NCBI GenBank assembly: GCA_965153455.1
Contig: OZ234493.1
Coordinates: 33,842,213-33,906,212 of the forward strand
Length of the DNA stretch: 64,000 nucleotides
From: Sphagnum compactum
Lineage: Eukaryota
Reading direction: 5' to 3'
The number at the start of each line of letters is the position of its first letter. Position 1 is the stretch's first letter. The position numbers and the translations under genes are program-made. Of the stretch, positions 1-11,832 are shown piece after piece. Under the pieces are notes generated by a model, which saw only the letters and a list, made by a program, of their open reading frames with translations, made no database searches and had not been told where the DNA came from.

Positions 1-3000
1 AAAGAAGTTGTTACGATTCAATATTACAATAATATGTGCTCAATGGCACATGTCACACTAATTCCAATGTATTTTGAAACGTGTCTATTAAGCCAAAAGT
101 GGTTAAATTTTGTGCCTTTGGTAAAGATTGGGAAAAAAAGAATGTACATTGAATCATGAATGTTGATTGAGTTTTTAGTCATAGATGTTTTCTTTTTAAC
201 AAATTACGCAACCTTGGAGTTTCATGATGTTTACTATCATTGTTCAGGCACTAGGATGATTAATTGCTGCAGAACTTTGAGAAGAGAAAGTATGATCATG
301 ATTCCTTCAAATGCTTAAATGTGAAAGATAACAAGCCCAGGCATTTGCCAGACTTGTTTTGTAATTGTTAACTGCACAAGAGGTTCTTATAAAAAGTTAA
401 ATGTTTTAGTTGTGAGACATATTCATGCAAACATTGATGGGAGTTTGGATATTTGTCTAAATAATTTTTGCAAAGAGAAAAATTTGATAATATGTGATAC
501 TAATTTGATGAGGTTTTCATGATTTCATACATTTATTTACTACTTAATTCTCCTTGAGTCCTAGGAGCAAACTTATACCAAAGATGGCCCCAAATGATGT
601 ATAAGTCACATGTACATGTTATTGTTGCATTTGTTTCAAAGTTTTGTAAATTTGTTGACTCCTAAGGTTGGCCAATAGTGCAATAAAATGTCTTCTCCCA
701 TTGAATGTGAATGGAGTTGAAAATCTTGAAATTTTAATGCTTGTGTTGTTTGTTTATTGGTATATATGACATAGCCCAGGGTCAGTTTCCAAATTAACAA
801 AATGAATAATTTATTTTTTTCACAAAATGAATTTGCTTTTTGAATTTTGAATTTTTTTTTTCCCCATCATCTACTATGATATTGTGATATGAGTCGTGAA
901 ATTATTCAAGATGTAGCCTATGATAATTATGATGATTTTCAACTTGTCAATTGCATATTTCCACAAAATTTTCGTTTCACTATTTTGGGGATTATTTAAT
1001 GACAAAACTGACCTTAGGGTAAGGTATTTGAGTCTAGAGATTCTCCATCATCATTTTGCATTCCATAAGAATTAGAATAAAACATGTACTCTATAATTCC
1101 TTCATATATGTTTTGAAGTCTATGATGGGTGTTTATTTCTACCAGCCACACTTTCTCACATGGCATAATATTATGCATGGCATGAGGACTTGAATCTTGA
1201 AGTCTCCTTCATTTTGCTTAGGGTTGCTATATTTTGAATCTGCGATGAAAAGTCACCAATCTGTATTTCATCAGTATATGACCCAGATGTAGTATGTTAA
1301 TCTTGTATCATATTTATGTTGATTCTTGGTGGCAATTGTGGATTGTCACCATGTATGTCCATTATAGCATTGCCGGGATTGAAACCAGTTTTACCAACGT
1401 TCACAGTACTTGATAATTAAAAGAGGAGGAAAATTTGAGTGAAGAGGATCTTGACATACCTAATCCAAATGTAATCACCTAAAGCTTCTGCTTCATCATA
1501 AAGTGAGAGAAACACCACCAAATGAAACCTCATCGGTCTCTTTTACATCAGCAACTCTGAACACAAAGTCATAATTCAATCTCCCAGACCTTCTACCTCA
1601 TTTCAAACACTCTATATGCTGATAGATGGGTTTATCAACAAGAGACCCAAAATCCAAAGAGCATCCAGAATAGAAAGAGGTCAAGTGAGCCTACCAAACC
1701 ATCCATGTTTAACCTTACAGAGAACAGAAAGGAACATATATCTCTCATATGAATAATCGAGAATTGTCCATTCTCACAATTAAGAGAAGTCAGAACAAGC
1801 TTAAAACTTCTTCTCTGAGTCATAGAAAGACTTCCCAGAAAAGGACTTCAAAAACTGAGTACAAAAGATAATACATTGACAGAGACAAAACAAGAACGAG
1901 AAAACAAAAAAGAATACACATGTAGTATGAACAACGGTGACAGTCTTTCACTTGTTCAGGGACCATCAACAGTAACATGTATGATAGGGACCTCTCTATC
2001 ATAACTTCCCCACTGACATAACTCAGCTCCATACGGTGGGTATAGGCCAGTGTAAACACTAACATATGTCCTGAGTTTTTGGTGCAAGTCCAGAAGCAAC
2101 CAGAGGACTCAGTCATGATACTGGTTAGCAACAAGCAACAACACTAGGGAAAAACTACAAAAAGAAAAGAGAAGAAAAGAAAAGGGGAAAAACAAAACAG
2201 ACACACAGAAAAGGAAGATAAAACATACAGAAACAGACTGCAGAGACAAAACATAGACTAGACAACAGAATGGAAATCCAATCATCATGCCTGAAACCAT
2301 TGCAAAGCATCTCTCTTTACCAAGCTGAACTTAGTGCACACACCACACCATAAATCAAACAAAGTGTGTCCAATATTTTGTTTTAGTCAACGTTTGGAAC
2401 TCAACCACCACAGAGACAAATATGCTTGCAATGAGCTGCAAAGCTATGGCATCAGAAAGCACTCACCTTCATAGATGTGAGTGTAGGCTCATGCACAGGG
2501 TTTTGACAGCCAGCTACCAAATGGATTTTAGGATGACATGCAGACTGTCCACTTAACACTCAGAAATCGAGCCTTCTGCACTACCACTTCAGTAAAAAGA
2601 AGCATTGTTATATAGCATTTCCCAATGCTCAAAAGTAATAGAAAGTAGTCTTCAAAACCACAGTTTGTCATACCAAATAGCAAAAAAGGAATCGAAGATT
2701 CTTTGCCTCACAGCCTCAGGAATTTGGACTGTAGAACAAACAAAAGAATAATCTGTCCCATATTGCAAATTCTAGAACATTTCACCTATCGCTAACTGCT
2801 ATTGTTACAGAACATGTCTCCTCCTGCTTTGTTCTTGTTGTTTGAAAGCCTGAGACAACTAATGAATTCTGTTTGCACAATCAACCTGTTTGTGTAACAA
2901 TGTAGGAACAGTTCTACAGTTGGACATACACAGACTTTTCAGGGGCTCTTACAAGAATTCATCAAGTTCCCACCTTCTTCCAGTCAATAGGGAGACTGAA

Positions 3001-3166
3001 ACAACCAAAGTTCACCATCTTCAAGTCTTTGGGGAGATATGTTGACAAATACAAAGGAACTCAGTTAAGTGGGTCTGAAATGACAACCACAGGTTGGCAT
3101 GGAGGATTATGTTGTTAATTGAATCTGTTGATAAGTGCCTATGAGAATCTCTGGATTCTGGTTTCA

Positions 3167-6100
3167 TCACCACCATTTTGGTAACCCAAAGGGATTCTGC
3201 GATGCTCCATCTGCTTGCACTTTCCTGCAAAATCCTTCAGAACATCAATAATGCTCTCAATAAGAAAAGCATGTTAATTGCAACTTGAGAGATCTGAAGC
3301 AACAATGCAGGGAGGATTGTTTTGTTACCCGAAATCAATAACAATGACACTAACATTGTCTTGTCCATTACGCATCTGCAAAAGAATACCCACAATTACT
3401 GGCTGAAAGAAATTAGATGTTATGAGCAGCAATGTTACTAAGTAGGCTAGCCTGAAGAATATGAAAGTGACATTCCAATTATTCAGCAGCAGAACATGGA
3501 AGTTGGAAAGAAGAGGGGAGATTCACCAGAGCTTCTTTGGCGATTTCTTCAGATGCATGCTGGATTTGACAACCCACAACAATCTGGTGATCAGAGCTCT
3601 TTACCAAGAAGGTAACATCATCCCCACAAGTCAGATCCTTTCTGATCTTTCCAACAAGAACACATGCATATGCAATTGCATACCCACAGATCAAATTGGC
3701 ATTTACCTGTGCATCAGCATGCTCCCTCAATTTCTTTCGGATAAATTGTACAGCATCCGCACTGCCAGTATAAAAGGTATGTGAGTTTTTAATTCTGTAT
3801 CTACATACACTAGTGAAAATGACACTCTAAACTTAGTCTGTCTTCAAGACACACAAGCATGCTTTCCAATAGGAAGAAGATCTATCACCAAATTTCTTAC
3901 TAGAAATATCTGATGCAACTAATCGAGGCATCCCACTATAAAACCCTGTTGTGTATGTTATCACTGTTTGGTAAGTCCTGAAGACACATCATGAACTCAT
4001 GAGCAAATGTGGACCAGACTTACCTTTTGAATGAATCCCAAAGACCATCAGAAGCTAAAATGATAAACTCCATGTCTTCTTCAACATATATGTGACTTGT
4101 GTCCGGTAAAGCCACTAGCCATTCTCCATCCAAATTTTTCCTGATCACACAATGTATGCTCATCAAACACAGAAACCCAACTGAGGTGAAGAGAGGGCCT
4201 GCAGGTTACCAGACATCATGTGCTTGAGGAGCATTATGACAATGATGGCTACCAGTATTTACCAAAGTCCAACAAAAAGCAGCACAAAAGTTGCAACTTC
4301 CAGACAAACTCACGTGGATGCAAATGCTTCAGTCCAGCGTCTGTGCTTTATTCCCTCTTCAATCATCCTGCAATCAAGCAGGCTGAGCTCAGCACCCATG
4401 ACATTCATCAAAATAGAACCAGGACATTTAGCCCAGTCATAGGATTAAGAGTACTTACTTTTTCTTCTGTGACTTGAATGGAACATCTCCAAAGGCACGT
4501 GAAACAGACAGAGACCCACAAACTCGTCCATGGCTGACCTGGATACACATATTGAACCAATTGCTGTTCTTTAGTAAGAAGTGACTGGCAGGTATACTTG
4601 ATTGCAGCTTCATGCAAGCAGACTGAACGGGAGAGATTCTGGTCTTGCCATTACACACCCAGCCACCTGCTGCCTGAATTCGTTTAACCTCTGCCATAGA
4701 GGACTTGCTATTTCCATATGGTCGATGGTCTGAACAGAGATCCACAGCTCTTCCCCCCCTGCTCAAAACCTGTAACAATTTCCGCTTCACTCACGTTCAA
4801 ATCTAATCAGCTAACTCTCTGCATATTCTTATTGAACTGGTTGATAACATCTTTAAGCCAGCATGAACTATAATGCAGAAGTGAAGATTATTGTGCTTTC
4901 ATATACAGTGTGCCACAAACAATTAGCCAAGAACATTGGCCAAGAATACTGTGAAGAGGCTTATAATGCAATGGTATTCAGTTCCCTTCTGAGATATGAT
5001 TAAACCATCCTGTCACCACTGCAGTGAAAAGAAGCACTACCCACTTTCACCACATATAACATTGTGATCGTCAGCCACATGAAATTGAACAAAGCAAGAG
5101 GGGTATGAACAGAGAGGGATCGAGGGAGACAGAAAGAGATGGTGCAAGCAATTACCCACCGCACGTGAATCCCCCACATGGGCTAGTAGCAACCGATCAG
5201 AGCGGATAAACATGATGGTTGCTGTTGATCCCGACTCAACCTCTGGCCCTATTTGAGTCTCTTCCAACCTACAGCCATGTTACCCATCAAATGAAGCACA
5301 CTGAGAAATCAAACAAGAAACCTAGTAGGATCTGTACAAGTTGTTAAATATGGTAAATGCATTTACTGTCAACAGACAATTTGCATAAGGTTGTATGGTC
5401 CATCACTGGTAGCCCTCTGTTCTATGCAGTACTGGAGTGATGAATGGATGGTGGAAGCAAATGCAAGTTCCAATATCCCCCACAATGTTGAGGAATGTAA
5501 TAATCTAGATTGAACTCACAGTTTGTAAATGCAATATTTCTCTAATTGTGCCAGAGGATACTTGGAAGTGTTGTCCAAGAATGTAATGTCATGTGAAATT
5601 AGTCATCACTGAAAGTTGTTTCAGTGGTATGGGCATCTCTATGACAAGGTTAGTACCTCCTTATTCACCACTTGTGCCATAATCCACAGAGCGAATATGG
5701 GGCAATGGACTGCATACCATGAAAGAAGCCGTTTGTCGGCATGTAAAAATGCATGAGTTAGAGCTGCCTCTGCCTCACTCAAATCCTTAGATTCCAACAA
5801 TGCACCTCCATCCAAGGCTGTTACACATTCCTTGTAGAGCTCATCCCTGTCAACATGTGGACCAGCCATACAAAAATTCAAATTCCTTCATAAAGGTCAC
5901 ACATACTCCATGTCAATTGAGATAAAGCACATCAGAAGTATATGAAAAAGTTCCCATTCTAGCCAACAAATATTCTGCTGAATTTTTTCAGAAAACCGTT
6001 TTCCTCTGCAAAAATTGTCGTAAGAGTAAATCTTAAGAAAAACAAAAGCATACAGTAACAACAGCCTGGTCCCAATTTGTGTTCCCATGTTTTTCTGGTA

Positions 6101-6937
6101 ACCATAGCCACCACTAGTTTGCAGGTCACCACACATCAGTTTGCTTCACAAGTCTTGCCCACATGAATCCAACCATCTTTAGCAAGGTTTCCAAAATCTT
6201 CCGGTTAAGTGCCACATACAGCGAGGAAAGTGACCATGGCTGGAGCTGGTGCAGAGCCCAAACACCTCGTAATACATTCAACATGACTGCCACAAAAGAT
6301 TGTAGCAGTTTGTAGCACCTCTCAAGAAGCCCTGCTCCAATTTTATGAGACTAAAAATCAGAAACTGCTTCCATTCTTGACCATGTTTTCTTACTGACAC
6401 TTAGACCACTTCCAAGCGGAGATTGACTTGCTTCTTTTGTGCCTACCTCAAAAACTGAGCAGAAGAGAATCCCGCGTGACCGTCGAAAATCGCGGCGTAC
6501 ACGAATCCGTTTGGACCATGTGACTCCAACACGACTTCATCTTCCATCTCCTCACGAGGTCCCTGAAGCGCGACCTGTCCAATAGTGATCCCCCTATCCA
6601 CAGCAACTTCTGCCTGCGCCGACCCCGACGCCACATGAAGAGCTCCCTCGTGCACTGCTGCTGCCGATGATTGTTGCTGCCCCGTCTGCATCCACCTACT
6701 ACTACTCCGCACCGCCACTCCACCTCCTCGTCCGCCGTGGGTGTATTTGTGTGTCATACCACTAGAAGCCGAAGAACAACAGCAAGCGGAAGACGCAACA
6801 CGAAGAAGGTTCAAATTAACAACACTGCGTTCTATGGCTCTGGAATGCAACGATGCTCCTCCATACAAGCTCCCAGATGAGTTCCGTCTTGCTTGTAGCA
6901 AAATGCCTGGTCTACCTGACAGCGCTAACCCTGCCAT
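3167..6937 (-). CDS. PPH1: Chloroplast protein phosphatase 2C, TAP38/PPH1-like (LHCII phosphatase family), 11 exons, ~427 aa
   Basis: Exons (minus): 6937-6447, 5846-5718, 5268-5160, 4769-4659, 4538-4459, 4367-4314, 4140-4024, 3761-3707, 3559-3527, 3375-3329, 3224-3167. All introns GT-AG; total 1284 nt, in frame. PP2C motifs QGPREEMED, FDGHAG, GSTAT, AHVGDSR, DHRP, SRAFGD, ILASDGLWD, QDNVSVIVID. Segments DELYKEC, HRPYG and MIEEG..RWTEAF match recalled Arabidopsis PPH1/TAP38. Ser/Arg-rich N-terminus resembles a transit peptide. Confidence 0.9.
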
Positions 6938-7499
6938 TGCTCCTCTCTGTTCTCTCCCCTCCACTAATTCCTTCCGAGTATCTCAGACAGAATCAGAAGC
7001 ATCCTTGGTTAACCCTGAAGCTCCACTCTCCATCTCTCTTAAAAATCAAACTCTACTGATTCATCGCTTTCTATTCAAGCTCGCACAGAATTCATTACAA
7101 AAGAGCATGTTCGTTCCACAAGCCGCCGCCATTCATTCAAGGCCCTCTCTACAGACACAGCTCCCTCCTCATGTCTCTAAACTCTCCCTAGACTAATATC
7201 TCAAACAAAAAAGCTTCAATTCTCCACGTTTCCAAGGAAGGATTGCATCAGACGCGATTTCCGCCAACTGCAGACGCAAAAGACGATGGACGCATTTGGA
7301 AATCGCGCAGCAGCAAGCGAACAGGTTCCCTAGAGAAAACAAGTGCGCTTGTTTCCCTTGCGACCGTGATCTTGAGAAAGGCAAAGGCAGGAGGAGTCTC
7401 CTCATCTGTCCGGCGCACCCCCCTCCCCTTGTGTGTGTGTGTGTGGCTCTCCATGCTGGTGGTGAAGAAAGGGTAGTTTCATCATCCAGGAAACAAAGC

Positions 7500-7742
7500 A
7501 TGTATGAATGAATCTTTGTGGATGAGAAAATTACTTCTGTCAATTTCGTGGATGACAAGATGGATGAGTTTTTTGGGATGAGAAAATGACTCCTATCAAT
7601 TTAGTGGCTTACCTGAATGGTATTAATCTTTTGGATGAGAAATTAACTTCATTCAATTACGTGGATGACATGAATGTATGAACTTTTTTGGATGAGAAAG
7701 TAACTTAATTCAATTTCGTGGATGACACGAATCGATGATTTT
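7500..7742. repeat. Minisatellite, ~4 units of ~57 bp (GGATGAGAAAATTACTTC...AATTTCGTGGATGAC)
   Basis: Unit starts visible near 7519, 7576, 7632 and 7689, with degenerate similarity. Confidence 0.85.
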
Positions 7743-8430
7743 CAAGGATATTGTGTTTAGATTCATTATAATGTAGCAGTTTACGTAACAGATTTATCCG
7801 TAAAGTTACCCTCTCTTTCACCCCTCTTTTTCCACTGCTTTCTTCGCCCCCTATCCCTTCTTTCAGTGGTATCTGCAAAGTAATGAAATTTTATTAAATC
7901 TGGGTATTAAATGCTGGACCTCAGCACTTAGTGCACAAGGTTCGAGAGTAACTATAGTAGTTGTACAGGTAGGAGGAGTGAAAATATATGTAGCAGCAGT
8001 GGAGGCAGGCGCTCAGGAAAAAAGAAAGACAGGATGAAATTCAGTTTACACCAAAATTGGTGGAAAAACTAGTTTGGGTCCCAGTTATTTCGTTTTGTAA
8101 AAAATTTCATTCCCAGTTAGGCGTTTGATGCCCAGTTATGCCGAAACTGGCTGTTCTCGTCCCCCTAATCGCCTGACTTTACGGATACTAACTCTAATAG
8201 GTCTATTTTTTTTTATATGAGGATTTTTTTAAGATGATATGTTGGCTTGTGTTGAAACTTGAGATTAGTTATAGAGTTATAATATTTTGAAGAATTTTGG
8301 TTTCTTTTAGAGGTTTTTTTGAAGGTTATATTTTTGCGTGGTGAAATATTTGGGTTTTCATAATTCTTTTTTTGCCTTAAGATATACTTTTTAATGTAAA
8401 TGGCAAGGCGACAGTGTGACACGCCCCTTG
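7743..8430 (+). mobile_element. Dispersed repeat, possibly a non-autonomous Helitron, interrupted by a MITE
   Basis: 7743-7770 and 8195-8430 match 29178-29475. The 3' end has a GC-rich GGCG...CGCC hairpin followed by CTTG|T, resembling a Helitron CTRR|T end. Classification is tentative. Confidence 0.6.
7791..8194. mobile_element. MITE, family A copy 1 (consensus TIR GAGTTATCCGTAAAGTC)
   Basis: Left TATCCGTAAAGTTA and right TGACTTTACGGATA are inverted. Internal sequence matches 16601-16985, 45419- and 48003-. Flanks are TAACA and TAATA. Confidence 0.85.
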
Positions 8431-8677
8431 TTAATTCTATTTATTAGTTGTGGGGTGCACCCAAAGTTTTTTTCAATTATTGGTCACAATTATGAGTGTG
8501 CGACCATCACTAAAAGATTACGTCACGTAATGTGGTCAAGAAAATGACATAATATGCTACCCTAGATCATAACTTCCCACGCCACCTTCCACCCCTCTGC
8601 AAAAGTAGCTTCATGTTGGCACGCCAAACCATTCTGATTGCAGAATTGGTCGACCCTGCCGATTCTGCCACTAAAAA

Positions 8678-8891
8678 TGGGCCTGTGTATTCTGCCATAT
8701 AAAAGGACCTGAATTTTTGCAGAATACGTCTCCGAACGAGTAGGCCTTCTGGAACTGACAAACGACGGACGAAAACTGACGTCGTTGATGATTATTTCGT
8801 CAACTTTACCATCTCGTCGTCAAACCCTAATATTGACGGCCACGATCGTGTTCCTGGCGAAACCCTAAACGGCCTCGTCTCTCTCTCTCTC
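8678..8891 (+). promoter_or_regulatory. RPL4 proximal promoter: site II motif, two telo-boxes, pyrimidine tract
   Basis: TGGGCC at 8678-8683; AAACCCTAA at 8822-8830 and 8860-8868; CT tract ~8878-8891. Site II plus telo-box is the known arrangement in plant ribosomal protein promoters. Confidence 0.7.
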
Positions 8892-8986
8892 GTATCTATT
8901 GCGTCGCTGCGATAAGTTGCTTCTCTTTTGTCTCCGAGAAGGGTGGCTGAATCTTTGTGCCCGATTGCAGTTTTAGGATTGGAGCG

Positions 8987-11832
8987 ATGGCGGCTGCCGC
9001 GCGACCTCTAGTAACAGTGCAAGGAGGGGAGGGAGATGCGGCAATCGACTCGGCAACTCTGCCTGCAGTGTTTCTCTCACCTATTCGCCCAGATGTGGTG
9101 CAGTCCGTGCACACGTCTCTTGCCAAGAACAAGAGACAGCCTTACGCCGTGAGCACGAAAGCCGGGCACCAGACCTCTGCGGAGTCATGGGGGACCGGGA
9201 GAGCTGTATCGCGTATTCCTAGGGTTCCAGGAGGTGGTACGCATCGCGCAGGCCAGGGAGCTTTCGGCAACATGTGCCGAGGTGGTCGGATGTTCGCTCC
9301 AACCAAGATCTGGCGGCGATGGCACCGTAAGGTGAACCTGAACCAGAAAAGGTATGCCATTGCATCTGCATTGGCAGCCTCCGCTATTCCATCTCTGGTT
9401 CTTGCGAGAGGACACCGTATTGAGAAGGTTCCGGAAGTGCCTCTGGTTCTCGAAAACTCTGTTGAGTCCATTGAGAAGACATCTGCTGCAGTCAAGCTGC
9501 TAAAGAAAATTGGAGCTTATGAGGACGTTGAGAAGGTAAGGGCCAGCCATAACATCCGCGCCGGTAAGGGGAAAATGAGGAACAGGCGCTACATTTCTCG
9601 CCGCGGCCCTCTTGTTGTCTATGGCACCGAGGGTGCGAAGCTCGTGAAGTCGTTCAGGAATGTGCCGGGTGTGGAGATTGTTTCCGTGCACCGCTTGAAT
9701 CTCCTTCAGCTGGCTCCTGGTGAGTTGCTCTGATTTGCAATAACCCTGCTTTCTCTCCTGATGTGTGTGGGAATTCGCTTTTGATGATAATGGAAGCATC
9801 TCGATCAAGGTAGACATAACTTGGAGAGAGTCACAATCAGAACGTTACATTGGCAGGAAATAATATCTGGTATAGCACATTGACCACAGATGGAGCCTCA
9901 GTTGTGGAGGCCCAAACAGTAATGCACAATTGTGGTTCCTCAGTATTACAGAAGCAGACGTATTTCTGTGCTGTGGAGACTCTTTAATGAGTTACAGTTT
10001 CCTACTCCTGATTTGGTGGCAATAGAGCTTTCTTTGTGGATGCAACAATTGGTTTGCTTGCAAAGCCACTAAGATGGTTGACCTATTTTTGCATTCACTG
10101 TCTAGTAGCATAGTCAGACCTAGATCCACCAGGACGCTATGCATGGATGTGACGGATGTTGCAGGATGCCCAAACCACTACCCTCCATCTAGGTCTGACT
10201 ACACTGTGTCTTAGATGCTGGCTTTTTGAGATGAGTGGCTCTTCCTAGTGCTTCTGGAAAATGCAGCAGAAGCTCTGGATTCAGGTGTTTGAATAATGGT
10301 TTGCCCAAAAATTTGGGCTGCAAGTATGATCTTATCTTATCCACCGCCCAATATTGGGAGCTTATGAAGTCAGTGGGTAATCATGGCAGCTCATCAATGC
10401 TATCCATGATGAAGGGGATGGTCTGGCACTATGTGAGTGATGCTCACAAGGTTAAGACCGCACTCCTTCTTGTCAGGTTAGTTTTTTTTTGCTGGATTCA
10501 ACTGGATTACTTTTAAGGTGTTCTTCTGGTTTATCTCTGCAATCTCATAGGTATTATTTAATGTATGCTGGTATCACACTGTGTCTTTAATATCGATGTC
10601 TCTGTGGTCTGGTAGGAGGTCATCTTGGCCGATTCATTGTGTGGACAAAGTCAGCATTTGAGCAGCTGGATGCCATCTTTGGCACCCATGAGAAGAAGTC
10701 AATTGTGAAGAAGAATTATGTACTTCCCCGTCCCATCATGTGCAACCCTGATCTGGCTAGAATCATCAATTCAGATGAGATCCAGAGTGTTGTCCGACCC
10801 AAAAAGGTGGAGATCAAGAGACGGGCACTGAAGAAAAACCCATTGAAGAATCTGGGAGCTCTTCTTAAACTCAACCCATATGCTAAGACTGCAAGGAGGA
10901 TGGAGCTTTTGGCCCAGGAACAACGGGCCAAGGCAAAGGCTGAAAAGCTTGATATCAAAAGGAAGACTCCCAAGGTAAAGTTTCCATTCTTCTCTGTTAT
11001 TTCAGGCACAATCACTCCCTGAACCAATCTGTTTTCTCTACTTGTGGCTTCTCTTCAAATCTGCAGTAAGTTCAGTGACCCCATTTGGTATGTCATCACA
11101 CCTGTTATGTTATGCTCTCCAACTTCATGGTTGGGGAAAACCTGGATACTTGGTGTAGATAAAAATGGGTTCCCTCACCTGGGTTTTGCACTTTTGCATA
11201 GGATGTACACTGGATTATGAAGAAAAATTGCTTAGGAAGATTGTTTATTGCAGATTTGGCAAAGCTTAGTGTATACTTTTTGAATTCGTACTAAATTACC
11301 ACAGGGCATGGTAGGATAGTAGTTTGCCTCCATTTCAGATTGCTCTCATTGTTTTTGCCATGAAGGTCATCAATTAAAGCAAGTCATTATGACTCGGTTC
11401 GAGTCTATAATAAGATTTGCGTCGGAAGATGACAATACTAGTTCAGTCACTGTCTTGCATGATGAGGGCCTATGCATTGCTGGATTTGCCCAAGCAGACA
11501 TGACCACATTAGATGACAGATCTTTGCTGCCCATATAGCACAAGCTCAACTTGAAATGTGCAGTTGAAGACAGATTGTTCACCAGGATGGATCTTTTTTA
11601 GTGCTTGTCGGATTCAGGGAAGTATATGCTAGCCCTGTGAATCAAATTGTGCACAGGACATTAAGATTCCATCTTAGAAGTCTGACTGCATTTATGTTTC
11701 TTCTTTGGGTTGCAGCCTGAGGAGAAGGAGGCAGCAAAGAAGGCAGGATCTGCCTGGTATAAGACCATGGTTTCAGACAGTGAGTACACAGAGTTTGAAA
11801 ACTTCACTAAATGGTTGGGTGTCTCACAGTAA
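8987..11832 (+). CDS. RPL4: 60S ribosomal protein L4 (uL4), 3 exons, ~402 aa
   Basis: Exons 8987-9719, 10616-10974, 11716-11832 (1209 nt, in frame). Motifs [61 protein letters not shown], and C-terminal [19 protein letters not shown]. Confidence 0.97.
10107..10205. repeat. Intronic inverted repeat or tiny MITE in RPL4 intron 1
   Basis: TAGTCAGACCTAGAT (10111-10125) is the exact reverse complement of ATCTAGGTCTGACTA (10187-10201). Confidence 0.7.

Noticed and set aside
2467..2575. Extra minus-strand exon downstream of the PP2C
   Set aside because: Splice-like signals exist, but joining it to exon 10 gives a stop after five codons and no TM helix; at most a UTR exon, unsupported.
9776..11530. 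C/D box snoRNAs in RPL4 introns (TGATGA at ~9782, 10407, 11460)
   Set aside because: No suitably spaced terminal CTGA with a closing stem or recognisable rRNA guide was found by eye. An Rfam or snoscan run would be decisive.
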